DNA of 64,000 nucleotides, taken from positions 10,170,001-10,234,000 of the forward strand of contig CM075988.1 of NCBI GenBank assembly GCA_038087875.1, written 5' to 3'. Under the pieces are notes generated by a model. That model was not told where the DNA came from, ran no database searches, and saw only the letters and a list, made by a program, of their open reading frames with translations. The position numbers and the translations under genes are program-made. Source of the DNA: Malacoraja senta (Eukaryota). This document shows, piece after piece, positions 25,396 through 38,706 of the stretch (position 1 is its first letter; each line of letters opens with the position of its first letter).

Positions 25396-25775
25396 CACTC
25401 ATAAGTACCAAAACAGAACAAGAAATTCTTACTTGCAGCAGCACAACATGTTTGTAAACACAATACTCAATTAGATAATATAATGAACAAACACAAAAAA
25501 AGTTAATTAAAAAACCCCGATATAGTGTAAATAACAAAACAAAGCCCGAACCCCTTCGTGCAACCAAGTCAGTTGAAAGTTCAGAGTTTGGTTGGAGGTT
25601 GGAGTGTACAATGGGTGATGGTTGTTGGGGAAAAAACTGTTCCTGAACTTAGAGGTTTTGGTTTTCAGACTCCTATACCTTCTTCCTGATGGCTGCGTTG
25701 AAATGAGAACGTGGCCAAGGTAGTGTGGGTCCTTGATGGTGCTGGTTGCCTTTTTCAGACAGTGCCTCCTTTCGA
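25395..25775 (-). mobile_element. Rex1/Babar 3' fragment
   Basis: CLKKATSTIKDPHYLGH...PSGRRYRSLKTKTSKFRNSFFP C-terminal motif. Confidence 0.75.
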
Positions 25776-26984
25776 GCCCACTATCTCTCCTCCACTGTTC
25801 TGATGAACTCCTGGAACTGAGGTATTGGCCCTTGTTTTCTTGATCTGCTGAGTTTTTCAACATTTTGGGGGGTTTTATTTCGGATTTCCAGCATCATCGG
25901 TTTAAAATAATAAAGTTATTTGAAATAAATGAATTTCTCAACAGAATGGAAAACTGGACAACATATTGATAATATTTAATACGAGAAACGAAAAGATCAA
26001 TTGCAATTTTAATTAAGAGGAGCTGATTCCAAAAGCTGAGAAGAGAACATATTTTATATTATAAATGATAATTTAGGCAAGAACATGGTGGACTGTAATA
26101 GCCTGAGGTGATATATTCTGTGTGCATGAAAGAAAAATGAGTTATATAGTCATTGGGAAGACTTTAAGGTTATTTTTTTAAATATACGTCAAATAATGTG
26201 CAGAATTAGAAAAGACTAACAAAAGGGCGTTGCCTTTTTAGGTTTTATAGAGACAAAGAGTGTAAGAATAATGAAATAGATTTCTACAAAACCTTGTTTA
26301 AGCCGCATTCAGAGTTTTGAATATGGCTTTGAACACTTCTATATTAGGGAGGTATTCAGTCGGTAACCTCTTGGGACAATCTTTTTTTCTGAATTTTCTG
26401 TGCTTTGTCAAATCAGCATTTCTCACAAAGAGTAAAATAATTTTTTTGGATAGTTTTGTGCCTGCAGTTTATCTTTTTTTTCCTTTTATCATAATTCAAC
26501 AGTCAAATCTGACTCAGTAAATAACAGGACTTTGGAATGAATTGTGTCTTGGAAAATGAAATCTGATGGGGTACTGCCTATTTCTCTTCTCTTTACCTAT
26601 CCTTATCTCTACAAGGTAAAGTTTATATTCCTTACGTTTGCTGAGTGCACGTACCATTGAAAATACAAACCCACAAAGTGCTGGAATAACGCAGTGGGTC
26701 AGGCAGCATCTGTGGAGAACAGGGATAGGCGACATTTCTAGCCATGACCCTTCCTCAGACTGCAACACAGTCTTTGCAGACATCAATCACCATGGCATCT
26801 GCCATCAATCCAAACAGTGAAACAAGATCAACCTCAAAAGTAGCAGGAGCTTGGCTTCTTTGAAGAGAAAACATCAGTTGTATGCATACCATTATATATT
26901 CTCTATAGATTACATACATTACCTCATTTCCAGCTGTGACTTCTCTTTTGTCTCTTTGTATCGTCACTTAAAGAAAAGTTTTGA

Positions 26985-27404
26985 AAGTCACATTTGGAGT
27001 ATTATGTCTTCTGGTCACTCCATTACATGAAAGGGTGCAGAGGTTTACCAGAAGGCTGTATGGATTAGAGAATTTCACATACAGGCAAAGCTTGGATAGA
27101 CTGGGATTGTTTTCTCTGGAACATCAGAGGTTGAAGGGAAACTTGATAGAAGTATATAAAATGATGAGAGACTCGTATAGTGTAGACAATAAGAATGTTT
27201 TTTTCCCAGGGTTGAAATGTCCAACGCTAGAGGGCGTTGCTATAAGGTGACACAGAGAGTGCTGGGGGCCTGGAAGGCATTGCCAGAGGGAGGGGGTGGT
27301 GGAAGCTTATACTATAGTGACGTTTAAGAGGATTTTGGACAGGCACGTGGAAGTGTAGGGAATAGAGGGATATGAATCATGTACATGAGATCAGTTTACC
27401 TTTG
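26985..27404 (+). mobile_element. CR1 3' fragment
   Basis: ERVQRFTRRLYGL...LDRLGLFSLEHQRLKGNLIEVYKMM, a CR1 ORF2 C-terminus. Confidence 0.8.
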
Positions 27405-27745
27405 TATCCGACCACCCCGGGCCGCGGAGTTTGAGCCGGCCCGTCGCGGAGCACGGATTCGGCCGCTGGACTGGCTTACCGTCGCCCGGCGGGGCCACAG
27501 CATCAGAAGCCTGGATCGCCTCAGCGCAGAGGGAGAAGAAAGCGGGAAGAGACAGAGACTTTAAGACTTTTGCCTCCATCACAGTGAGGAGGTGCCTGGT
27601 GAACTCACTGTGGTGGATGTTAATTTGTGTTTATTGTGTGTTTTGTCATTTATTATTATATGTATGACTGCAGGCAACGAAATTTCGTTCAGACCGAAAG
27701 GTCTGAATGACAAATAAAGGAATCTCTAAATCTCTCTAATCTCTG
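27405..27745 (+). mobile_element. GC-rich non-coding retroposon (same family as 23093-23740), 5'-truncated
   Basis: hairpin 27576-27616, 11-bp stem with GAAA loop at 27685-27710, AATAAA, (aatctct)n tail. Confidence 0.65.
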
Positions 27746-27779
27746 TTCGGTACCAGCATTCTGTGCCGAAAGAATAAGC

Positions 27780-28055
27780 AGTAAGTCATTTAGAACGGAG
27801 ACGAGGAAACACTTTTTCTCACAGAGTTGTGAGTCTGTGGAATTCTCTGCCTCAGTGGGCGGTGGAGGCCAGTTTTCTGGATACTTTCAAGAGAGAGCTA
27901 GATAGGGCTCTTAAAGATAGCGGAATCAGGGGATATGGGGAGAAGGCAGGAACGGGGTACTGTTTGGGGGTGATCAGCCATGATCACATTGAATGGCGGT
28001 GCTCACTCGAAGGGCCGAATGGCCTACTCCTGCATCTATTGTCTATTGTCTATTG
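27780..28055 (+). mobile_element. CR1 3' end
   Basis: FFSQRVVSLWNSLPQ.AVEA..LDTFKRELDR; gggccgaatggcctactcctg; (tattgtc)n tail. Confidence 0.85.
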
Positions 28056-28381
28056 AAAGGATGAATCCAGTGCTGTACTGTTTTATGTAGTCTGAACACC
28101 CAAAACATCACCCATGCTGTCTCTCCAGAGATGCTGCCTGTCCCGCTGAGTTATTCCAGCATTTTGCATCTATCTTTGCTGTACTGTTCTATATTCTATG
28201 TTATTATTCTGTTCAATGCAGAGCAAAGTCACTACTTCACTAGAACACAAGAGTGACCAAATCCCATTGTTTCTTGTACCTATTGCAAAGGTTCCATTGG
28301 CTAATGGTCAAAATCCAAGAATCATACTGACATGAAAATGGAACTGGCTGGAAATAGATAATAGACAGAAATAGACATATT

Positions 28382-28409
28382 CTGAAGAAGGGTCTCGACC
28401 CGAAACGTT
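28382..28409 (+). ncRNA. minimal hammerhead ribozyme-like motif (GUU site) in a pLTR fragment
   Basis: ctgaagaagggtctcgacccgaaacgtt. Confidence 0.6.
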
Positions 28410-28489
28410 GCCTTTTTCCTTCGCTCCATAGATGCTGCCTCACCCGCTGAGTCCCAAGGTGCAATTGTTCTTATTAGTGTACCCAGCTG

Positions 28490-28955
28490 AACTGAACTCG
28501 TTTTGCAGGACTTGATGGCCTGAGCTATAGGGAATGTCGGGCGGGCAAGGATTTTATTCTTTGGAGTGCAGCAGGATGAGGTGTGATCTTATAGAAGTGT
28601 ATGAGATCATGAGCGGAATAGATAGGAGTAAATGCACAGAATCTTTTACCCAGAGTAGGGTAATCAAGAACCAGCACATAGGTTTAAATTGAGAGGGGAA
28701 AGATTTAATAGGAACTTGAGGGGCAACATTTCACACAGGAGGTGGTGGGTATATGGAAAAAGCTGCCAGAAGAGGTAGTTATGGCAGGTACTATAACAAC
28801 ATTTCAAAGGAATTTGGGCAAGTAAATGGATTGGCAAGCTATAGAGGTGTAAGGGCCAAATGTGGGCAGGTGGAACTAGTGTGGATGGGGTACCTTGGTT
28901 GGCATGGGCGTTGGGCCGAAGGGCCTGTTTCCATGCAACATGACTCTCGAGCCTA
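28490..28955 (+). mobile_element. CR1 3' end
   Basis: GL.GLSYRE...G.YSLE..RMR.DLIEVY.IM and CR1 3' UTR. Confidence 0.75.
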
Positions 28956-29516
28956 ACTGTTGATATGGGAACCAGTGGGTGCAAGTCAATGGCTAATTGG
29001 AAGGTGAGCCAACCCCCAGGACTGATTGTATGTGCAGCAGCATCCTGCAGAACTGCAAGGAATAAAATCCTTGTCTTCACATTCCTCAAAACTGTCATTT
29101 TGGTTTTGATAGAAAGATGACTCACCCTTTCCCTACATTTTGATCACATTCACATCTTTCCTAAGCTTTACAGCTGGAATTTATAATTGAATATTAAATG
29201 TGCTCATTCATTACTGCCTTTATAGATCTGATATATGAACAAATTCAATGCAAATTATTCTGCAGTAGGAATGCCATGAACTATTTGAGCTTTTAATTCA
29301 TCATAGACTAAGCCAGTAACATGCGAGTTGGATGCAAGACAACCAAGTTCAATGAACATCAATCTGTCCATCTGGGAATAATAGGGCACATAACATACAA
29401 ATGAAAATGTGTTGCGGACTGAAAATGATTGCTTTTTTTTCCAGTGTAAGAACTGGTTATATTGAAGGATATAGCTTTTGTTAAACAATTGTTAATATAG
29501 TGTAGGATTTATCCTG

Positions 29517-30006
29517 TTTAAGAAGGAACTGCAGATGCTGGAAAATCGAAGGTACACAAAAATGCTGGAGAAACTCAGCGGGTGCAGCAGCATCTATGGA
29601 GCGAAGGACTGAAACCCTTCTTCAGACTGATGGGGGGTGGGGAGAAGAAAGGAAAAAGGCGCAGGAGGAGCCCGAGGGCTGAGGGATGGGAAGAGACAGC
29701 CCGAGGGCTGAGGAAGGGGAGGAGACAGCAAGGGCTAACAGAATTAGGAGAATTCAATGTTCATGCCCCCGGATGCAGTTATTTTTATGAGGTGCTGTTC
29801 CTCCAATTTCCGGTGTTGCTTGCTCTGGCCATGGAGGAGACCCAGGACAGAGAGGTCAGATACGGAATGGGGGGGGAAGTGCTGAGCCACCGGGAGGTCA
29901 GGTTGGTTATTGCGGACCGAGCGGAGGTGTTCGGCGAAACGATCGCCAAGCTTGGTCTCACCGATTATTTTTATGAGGTGCTGTTCCTCCAATTTCCGGT
30001 GTTGCT
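29517..30006 (-). mobile_element. internally deleted Penelope derivative with a 42-bp direct repeat
   Basis: near-identical to 15749-16210 with several deletions; repeat at 29779-29820 and 29965-30006. Confidence 0.75.
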
Positions 30007-30217
30007 GTTGCCTTACAACTCCAGGGATCCAGGTTAAACCCTAATCTCAGATGCTGCCATCAACAATGAAACACACCTTGTAGGATTTGATAGAAATATT
30101 CAAGGGCTTCTCACAGGCTATCTCACCATAACTTCCTAGAGTTTGTATGTTCTCTCAAATGTTCCAATTTCTTCCTGTATTCCAGATATGTGTCGATAGC
30201 CTTGTTAGGTACAAGAG

Positions 30218-32404
30218 TTTAAGAAGGAACTGCAGATTCTGGAAAATCGAAGGTACACCAAAATGCTGGAGAAACTCAGCGGGTTAGGCAGCATCTATGG
30301 AGCGAAGGAAATAGGCAACGCTTCGGGTCGAAACCCTTCTTCAGACTGATGTGAGGGTGGGAGGGGGGGGGGGCGGAAGGAAGAAAGGAAGAGGTGAAAC
30401 CAGAGGGCTGAGGGAGAGCTGAGAAAGGGAGGAGAAAGTAAGGACTACTGAAATGAGAGAAGTCAAGGGTCATACTGCTGGGGTGCCACGCGCCAACTCT
30501 CAGACACCTCCTCCTACTTATCCTTGGACCATGACCCCACAGATGAGCACCAGGCCACTATCTCTAGCATCATCACTGACTTCATCAACTCCGGCTCCCT
30601 GTCCTCCCAATGCATCCAACCTCATCGTTCCCCAGCCCCGCACGGCCTGATTTTACCTTCTCCCCAAAATCCACAAACCTGACTGTCCTGGCAGACCCAT
30701 TGTTTCTGCCTGTTCATGTCCTACCGAACTTATTTCCACATACCTTGACTCCATCTTATCCCCCCTGGTTAAATCCCTCCCTACCTATGTTCAAGACACC
30801 TCACATGCTCTTCGTCTACTCCAGGACTTCCGTTTTCTAGGCCCCCATTCATCTTTACCATGGATGTCCAGTCACTCTACACCTCCATCCCCCACCAGGA
30901 GGGTCTCAAAGCCCTCCGTTTCTTCCTCGACCGTAGAACCAACCAATCCCCATCTACTGATACTCTCCCCTGCTTAGCGGAGCTGGTCCTTACCCTTAAT
31001 AATTTTTCATTTGACTCCTCCCATTTCCTCCAAATACAAGGTGTAGCTATGGGCACACGCATGGGCCCTAACTATGCCTGCCTCTTTGTAGGGTACATCG
31101 AACAATCCTTGTTCGAGATGTACCGTGGCCCTATCCCCGAACTCTACCTCCGCTACATCGACAACTGCATTGGTGCTACCTCCTGCACCCACACACAACT
31201 CACTGACTTCATCCATTTCACCACTAACTTCCATCCGGCACTCAAATACACCTGGACCATTTCCGACATTTCCCTACCATTTCTTGACCTTACTATCTCC
31301 ATCGCAGGTAATAGACTACTGACCGACATCCACTATAAACCCACTGACTCCCATGGCTATCTGGACTACACTTCTTCCCACCCTGTTTCCTGTAAGGACT
31401 CCATCCCCTACTCCCAATTCCTCCATCTACGCTGCATCTGCACCCAGGATGAGGTTTTCCACACCAGAGCATCGGAGATGTCCTCATTCTTCAGGGAACG
31501 GGGATTCCCCTCTTCTACCATAGATGAGGCTCTCACCAGGGTCTCTTCTATACCCCATGACTCTGCTCTCACTCCCCATCCCCCCACTCGTAACAAGGGC
31601 AGAGTCCCCCTTGTCCTCACCTTCCACCCACCCAGCTGTCACATACAACAAATAATCCTCTGACATTTTCGCCATCTCCAGCGTGATCCAACCACTTGCC
31701 ACATCTTCCCATATCCTCCCCTGTCTGTTTTCCGCAGAGACTGCTCCCTCCGTAACTCCCTGGTCAATTTGTCCCTTCCCACCCGCACCACCCCCTCTCC
31801 GGGCACTTTCCCTTGCAACCGCAGGAAATGCTACACTTGTCGCTTTACCTCCCCCCTTGACTCCATTCAAGGACCCAAGCAGTCGTTCCAGGTGCGGCAG
31901 AGGTTCATCTGCACCTCCTCCAACCTCATCTATTGCATCCGCTGCTCTAGATGTCAGCTGCTCTACATCGGTGAGACCAAGCGTAGGCTTGGCGATGGCT
32001 TCGCCGAACACCTCCACTCGGTTCGCAATAACCAACCTGACCTCCCGGTGGCTCAGCACTTCAACTCCCCCTCCCATTCCGAATCCAACCTTTCTGTCCT
32101 GGGCCTCCTCCATGGCCAGAGTGAGGACCACCGTAAATTGGAGGAACAGCACCTCATATTTCTCTTGGGCAGTTTGCACCCCAGCGGTATGAACATTGAC
32201 TTCTCTAATTTCAGGTAGTCCTTACTTTCTCCTCCCCTTCTCAGCTCTCCCTCAGCCCACTAGCTCCACCTCTTCCTTTCTTCCTCCAGTCCCCCTCATC
32301 CTCACATCAATCTGAAGAAGGGTTTCGACCCGAAAAGTTGCCTATTTCCTTCGCTCCATAGATGCTGCCTCACACGCTGAGTTTCTCCAGCATATTTGTC
32401 TACC
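30218..32404 (+). mobile_element. Penelope-like element: inverted 5' pLTR, truncated RT/GIY-YIG body and 3' pLTR
   Basis: duplication ttaggtacaagag at 30205-30217 and 32405-32417; inverted pLTR 30218-30486; hammerhead motifs 30317-30344 (-) and 32312-32339 (+). Confidence 0.92.
30487..32218 (+). pseudogene. PLE RT plus GIY-YIG pseudogene
   Basis: highly similar to the 15959-17700 protein; stops at ~30650 and 31661-31663, frameshifts, catalytic YIDD changed to YIDN. Confidence 0.88.
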
Positions 32405-33304
32405 TTAGGTACAAGAGGTTGTCTTTTGGTTAACAAAAATTAAAAGCGTGACGCTGGGCATGTTGAGAGAGAGAGTTAAATTGTTGAGTACAAGGGAATG
32501 GGATTTATTGATTGTTTCCTTGGTTGCATAGACCCAATGGGCTGAATGGCCTTCATTGCTTTAAAGTATTAGACAAAATAAGGTAATAACTGCATGCTAT
32601 TTCTTAGGATTAATTCAATGCATTTTCTGAATTCCGTTAATAGTAATGATTTAAATGTACACTTTCTGTGAACTATTGTGGGGAACTGATGGTATATCAA
32701 TGCAAGGTCTAAGTGGATGAGAGATATGAAATGAAAAACAGGCTCAGAAAAATTGAATGAATGAGAGAGAAAATAATTAATAAACACTTCTGTTCAATTA
32801 GATGGATTCTAGAAATTAACCACTTCCTGTTACCATGGCAACTTTAACATCCTACTTAAATGCTGCTGGAATTGAGCTTATTTGGAGATAATAGTGTAAA
32901 CATATCATTAACTCAAACTGGTGCTAGACCATGTGAAACTTGCTGCCAACTCTCACCAAAATAATGTGCTCCAAGAATGTGTGATACTGCCCGTGATGCC
33001 ATGTTTTAACATTCTCATATATTAAAACAAAATATTCAACCAATTACACGACAATTAATGGATGAACTGCTCAATTCTCTTCGTTTCAATAACTTATATA
33101 CTTGCCTGACTAAGCATCAGTTGAAACACTAATTAATTAAAATTAGCCTTTAGCAATTTAAACCAAAATGTTTCATTTGGTTAAGACTTGTGAGGTGGGA
33201 ATGTTACAATAATGTTGAAGTCACTGAGGATAAATATTTATCTTTTTTTTTTAATTTTTCACCTTTGGCACAAGGCTTTGTTTCTTTAGTTTACTTCCAA
33301 TACT

Positions 33305-33895
33305 CAGACTCATAGAGTCATAGAATCATACAGCATGGAAACAGGCTCTTCGGCCCAACTCATCTATGCCATCCAAGATGCCCCATCTAAGCCAGTCCCA
33401 TTTGCCCGTACTTTGCCTATATCCCTCTAAACAATTCTTATACATGTACAAGTGTCTTTTAAATGCTGTTATAATACTTGCCTCAACTACCTTCTCTGGC
33501 ACAAAAAGATGGAGTAACTCAACGGGACAGGCAGCATCTCTGGAGAGAAGGAATGGGTGATGTTTCGGGTCGAGACCCTTCTTCAGACTTCTCAGATTCA
33601 GATTCAGATTCAGATTCAACTTTATTGTCATTGTGCAGTGTACAGTACAGAGACAACGAAATGCAGTTAGCATCTCCCTAGAAGAGCGACATTAATATGA
33701 GCAGTAAATAAATAAATCTAATAAATCCTGGTGGGAGGAGTGTCCGGGGGGGGGTGTGATTGGCAGTCACCGAGGTACAGTGTTGAGTAGTGTAACCGCC
33801 GCAGGGAAGAAGCTGTTCCTGGACCTGCTGGTCCGGCAACGGAGAGACCTGTAGCGCCTCCCGGATGGTAGGAGGGTAAACAGTCTGTGGTTGCA
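33305..33895 (-). mobile_element. cluster: CR1 3' end (33305-33498), Penelope pLTR with hammerhead motif (33499-33590), Rex1 3' end (33592-33893)
   Basis: respective motifs; Rex1 part NHRLFTLLPSGRRYRSLRCRTSR.RNSFFP with (aatctg)n tail. Confidence 0.75.
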
Positions 33896-34219
33896 AAAAA
33901 GGGAAGAAGGATTGTTCTGTTTGGAACATGATAAAACCCAAGTTGGGGAGTTATTCAGACAGCCAGTGTAACCCAATATTTCACTAGGAAGTTAATGAGC
34001 AATTACCAGTAGCTTCTCGAATCGTTCTTTGAATGGTCACCAGGACTCCATGTGACAAAAAGGCTCATCTTACATTTGCCTTTTCTGGACATAAACATAA
34101 GAATCAACAGCATGCTATTTTGACAATCAGATTGATAAACGAATTCCATGAATTTGATGTGAAATATGTGCATGCACCCCGAGAATATGTGATTACAATA
34201 CAAAGCAGTTTGGTTTCAT

Positions 34220-34460
34220 GTTTTAGAGTCATACAGCATGGAAACAGGCCCTTCAGCCCATCTTCTCCACACCAACCAACATGCTCCAGCTACACTAATC
34301 CCACCTGCCTGCCTTTGGCCCATATCCCTTTAAAAATACCCTATTCATGTACTTGTCCAAATGTTATTTTAAACTTTTGATAGTACCTGCCTCAGCTATT
34401 TCCTTTGGAAGCTAGTTCCATGTACCTACCACCCTTTGTGTAAAATAAGTTGCCCCTCAT
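34220..34460 (-). mobile_element. CR1 3' end
   Basis: reverse similarity to 28700-28950. Confidence 0.65.
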
Positions 34461-34899
34461 GTAATTTCTATTTTCTATGCATTGAGTTCAGTGCAATTTC
34501 AACATTATTTCAATTTCTTGTCTTACCAGAGTATTTTATCCATTTCTATCAAATCTTTCACACCTGCCTGAGGTATATTTGATTATTTCTGTGCTTTCTT
34601 TCCTATTTAGCTTTTGAAAAATGCATCGAGTTCTGTCTCACTTTTCTTTTCCCCAGTGAAAAGCAGCTCAATATCCACAACATATCTCTTCAACTCTGTA
34701 GTCTAAGCTTCAGAAACATTTACAATGCAGTTTTCCCGATCCATCCTAACACTTCAAGGTTAGATGCCCTCAAGTACACATGGCACACATCATTCAACTC
34801 GAAGAAATATAGAATGGCTACAGAATGAAAGGAGGCCATTTGGCCCATCAAATCCATAACACCTCATTGTAAGGGGAACCCACCAATCCTATTCTCATA

Positions 34900-35247
34900 G
34901 GCAGACACAAATGCTGGAGAAACTCAGCGGGTGAGGCAGCATCTATGGAGCGAAGGAATAGGTGACGTTTCGGGTTGAGACCCATCTTCAGACTGATGTG
35001 GAGGTGGGGGGGGGGGGGTGGGAAGAAGAAAGGAAGAGGCAGAGACAGTAGGCTGTGGGAGAGCTGGGAAGGGGAGGGGAAGGAGGGAGAAAGAAAGAAC
35101 TACCTGAAATTGTATAAAGTCTGAAGAAGGGTCTCGACCCGAAACGTCACCTATTCCTTCGCTCCATAGACGCTGCATCACCCGTTGAGTTTCTCCAGCA
35201 TTTTTGTCTACCTTTGATTTTTACAGCATCTGGAGTTCTTTCTTAAA
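34900..35247. mobile_element. non-coding Penelope fold-back unit with a hammerhead motif on each strand (34964-34991 -, 35121-35148 +)
   Basis: ~90-bp inverted arms; duplication caatcc(t/c)attctcata at 34884-34899 and 35248-35263. Confidence 0.85.
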
Positions 35248-35489
35248 CAATCCCATTCTCATACTCTCTCCCTATGGTGCTATACATTCATTGTTTTCAG
35301 ATATGTATCATTTTCAATAAACAACACAATGTCTACCCCCACTACTCCCTCCTTGTTGTGCAGTCTAGACCTGGACTACTCACAGTATAAAGAAGTTTGT
35401 ATTATCACACTTTTGGGCTCCTCTGCTAATAATGTCCATTCTATGCCCATCACAACTGGAGTAGAACAGCAGGTAAAGCTGGGCGGCAC

Positions 35490-35700
35490 AATTAGTTCAG
35501 GAACTTAATAGGTCAGGCAGCATCTGTGGAGGGAATGGATTAGCGACATTTCAGAGCAGAACACTTCTTCAGACATAAGAAGGGTCCCGACCTGAAGCAT
35601 TGCTAGTCTATTCCCCTCAGAGATGTTGCCTGATCCGCTAAGTTACTCTGGCACCTCGTGTTTAGCTCAGGATTCCAGCATCGGACCGTTCCTTGTGTCT
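35490..35700. mobile_element. older Penelope fold-back unit
   Basis: degenerate inverted pLTR arms. Confidence 0.6.
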
Positions 35701-36044
35701 TTACGTTTTATTTTCTTCCTGGTTTATAGCATCATATGAGGTTTTAATTCATCAGCTGGCTACCCATGCACCTGCAAACACCCACACATTATCATCTTAT
35801 TATACTTGCCAGTTGTCATAATTAGCACAAAAAAAAACATATTTGCCAGTTAACACCTAAAAACGGTAGCAATATACTACTTACAGCTCCAAAAACTACA
35901 ATCTTACGAAACCTCCTATTCACATTCTTCTGGTAATGGGGGAGTTGATGGAGAGTGTTTCAGAGCTGCTGCCATAGGCTATGAAGATACTGGGCTGGAC
36001 AAAGAACGTGGTGGGTGCACATGAAGAGAGCAAGTTCTCTGTAA

Positions 36045-36321
36045 AGGGCCTGTCCCACTTGGGCATCATTTGCGCGTCACGCAGGTGGCGAGCGAAGATT
36101 TTGTGAATCCCAAAATCCAGGGGCGGCGCGCGCGACCGCTCGTCACTGCCTGTGCCATCACGTCTCACCACGTGCCATGCGCGCGTAATGCACGCCATGC
36201 GCACGTCACGTGCATGTCACGGCGCGCGCGTGACGCGTAAATGATGTTGTGTCATGCGTCGTGACGCGTAAATGATGTCGCGTAAATGACGCGCAAGTAA
36301 CGCCCAAGTGGGACAGGTCCT
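36045..36321. mobile_element. MITE, PIF/Harbinger-like TIRs, CpG-rich interior
   Basis: TIRs agggcctgtcccacttgggc / gcccaagtgggacaggtcct; same terminal motif as 24572-25357; flanks TAA/AAA (imperfect TSD). Confidence 0.8.
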
Positions 36322-36999
36322 AAAGGTTGAATGCTGAAAACGGTTATGGTTTGGACACAGGAATAACGTATATGAGACTGAGAACATACAAGAAGTTTTG
36401 TATTATACAGTTAACGTTGGATGCAAACAATAATTGTTGCTTTAAGGGTGTTTCTTCCTTCAGGATTCTGTTCTGCAGCTAACTGCTTTCCAGGTATCTT
36501 TCTACTGTAAATGGCTCGATTGTAATCATGTCTTGTCTTTCCACTTAACTTGTGGTTAGCACACAACAAAAGCATTTCACGTGACAATAAACTCAACTGA
36601 AGAGGTTGCAAAAAGTTTGTAGGAAGTTATGGTGAGGCAGCCTGTGAGGAGCCCTTGAATACCTCCATCAAACTCCTTCAGGGTGTGTTTCAATGTTGAT
36701 GTGATATGGATTTTTATTCTATGCAATATGATTGGATTCTTGTTCACATCTACTGGCTGGATCATCCATTTCCCAGCCGGCAGATCTTCTCCACATCTCT
36801 CCCACCCAAGCATTAACCGGGACTATGTTCATTTATTTAATTATACATTGGTAGCAAAGGAACTGTTTTGAGCTCCATGTTTCCCATGTATATTCATCTG
36901 TGCACTCTGCTCTGTTCTCGTGGATGGCAGGAATCCACAGAGAACAGTGAAGTCAATGGACAGACCTTTCCTACCAAATGATACCTGACTTTAAAATGG

Positions 37000-37455
37000 A
37001 CATCTAAAGAAGGGTCATGACCCGAAACGTCACCCATCCATGTTCTCCAGAAATGTTGCCTGACCCACTGAGTTACTCCAACAAATTTTGTCCTTTAAAA
37101 GAACATTACGCATGTTCCTGCCTTCCATTATTGATGGAAGAACATTATTGGAAATTTGTGGGAACATTAATACGAACAGGACAAACGATATATTTTAACC
37201 TGAATAAGTTCTTGATTCAATTAATTTCATTGCATCATTTAATAATTTCTCATATCAGCCAAATTAATGTGATTAGGATCCAAAGTGAAATCAGAGTTCC
37301 AATAACATTTATTACTGTCAGGCATAATTAATTTGGTGTCAACCTGTAACAAAGCCTATTCTGAAGAAGGGTCCCGACCCGAAATGTCACCCACCCTTTT
37401 TCTTCAGAGATTTTGTCTGACCCGCTGAGTTACTCCACCATTTTGTATCTATCTA
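37000..37455 (+). mobile_element. two short Penelope pLTR fragments (~37000-37095, ~37358-37455)
   Basis: hammerhead-like motifs at 37004-37031 and 37361-37388, each with one core substitution. Confidence 0.65.
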
Positions 37456-38388
37456 TTCACAGCCTTTTTGGACACGTAAACATATTTCATATCTAATTTG
37501 ATAGCAGCTTCAACATCTTCATGTCGTGCCCTGCACTTTCTGCCTAATTAGAAACCCTCTCACACCAATGAACTCCCTTTATCCTCTGGCTTCATTTATG
37601 TGGGACTGCGTTAACAGAATCAGCAGCATCTTCACAGTTCCCTCTTCCACTTCTTACTGGATAATTGCTCATTATGTGGAAGATATTTCCCACCTACTGA
37701 TTCAGAATATATGTGTCATTCATAGTCTTTTAATTTTCCACTTAACTGTGAAATGGCACAGCTGACAATTCGTTGCTGTTTGACTTTCCGGATTAAATCA
37801 CCCTTTAATAGTGGTTTCTTTGTGTGGCCAAAATGTTAACATTAAACAAAAACATATTCAGAGTTGCCGAAATGCAAAAGGCATAGGTAAGGATGCACAT
37901 GGAGAAATTATGAAATGATTTAGATTGCAATTTTCAATTCTGGTGCACAGGCATAATTCTACAATTGAATAGTTATTATAGAAATTTCAAACTGTGTTCT
38001 GTTAAAATCAACAGAGAAAAGATCAGGCACATTTTACAAGGGACAGGTGTTTCAGTTATCAGTTCCGCTCAGTCCAGTTTAATTTAATATCACATGTGCA
38101 GAGGTACAGTGAAAAGCTTTTTGTTGCGTGCTAACCAATCAGCAGAAAGACAATACATGATTACAATCGATCCATTTACAGTGTATAGATACATGATAAG
38201 GGAATAACGTTTAGTGCAAGGTAAAGCCAGCAAAGTCCGATCAAGGATAGTCCCAGGGTTATCAAAGAGGTAGACAGTAGTTCAGCACCTGTTCTCTGGT
38301 TGTTGTAGGACGATTCAGTTGCCTGATAACAGCTGGGAACAAACTGTCCCCGAATCTGGTGGTGTGTGTTTTCACATTTGTATACTTA

Positions 38389-38706
38389 AGCCGCGGTCTC
38401 CGGTAGGAAAGTGCCGATTTGGGCACTTCAAGCCGCGGAGTGTGTTTGACCGTCCCGACGTCAGAGGTTTGATCATCCCGACGAGAGGGCCTGTACATCG
38501 GGCCGTCCGTAGCGGCGACTACGGAAGGTTTATGGCCCCGACCACGGATAAACAAAGGAGGAGGACCGACTGAACTTTGTTGCCTTCCACCACAGTGAAG
38601 AATGCTGCGGTGAATGTTTGTTTTAAATTCTATTGTGTATTGTATGTTCTTTTTAAGTGTATCGCTGCTGGCAAATTCATTTCACTGCACCTTTAGGTGC
38701 ATGTGA
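38389..38706 (+). mobile_element. GC-rich non-coding retroposon family member
   Basis: ccgtagcggcgact...ggccccgaccacgg shared with 48530-48573; 3' stem-loop tcactgcacct-tt-aggtgcatgtga. Confidence 0.65.

Noticed and set aside
35886..36040. Coding exon next to the MITE (acceptor-like tttacAG on minus strand; open stretch on plus strand)
   Set aside because: Frames end in stops or give no recognisable protein; donor sites are weak
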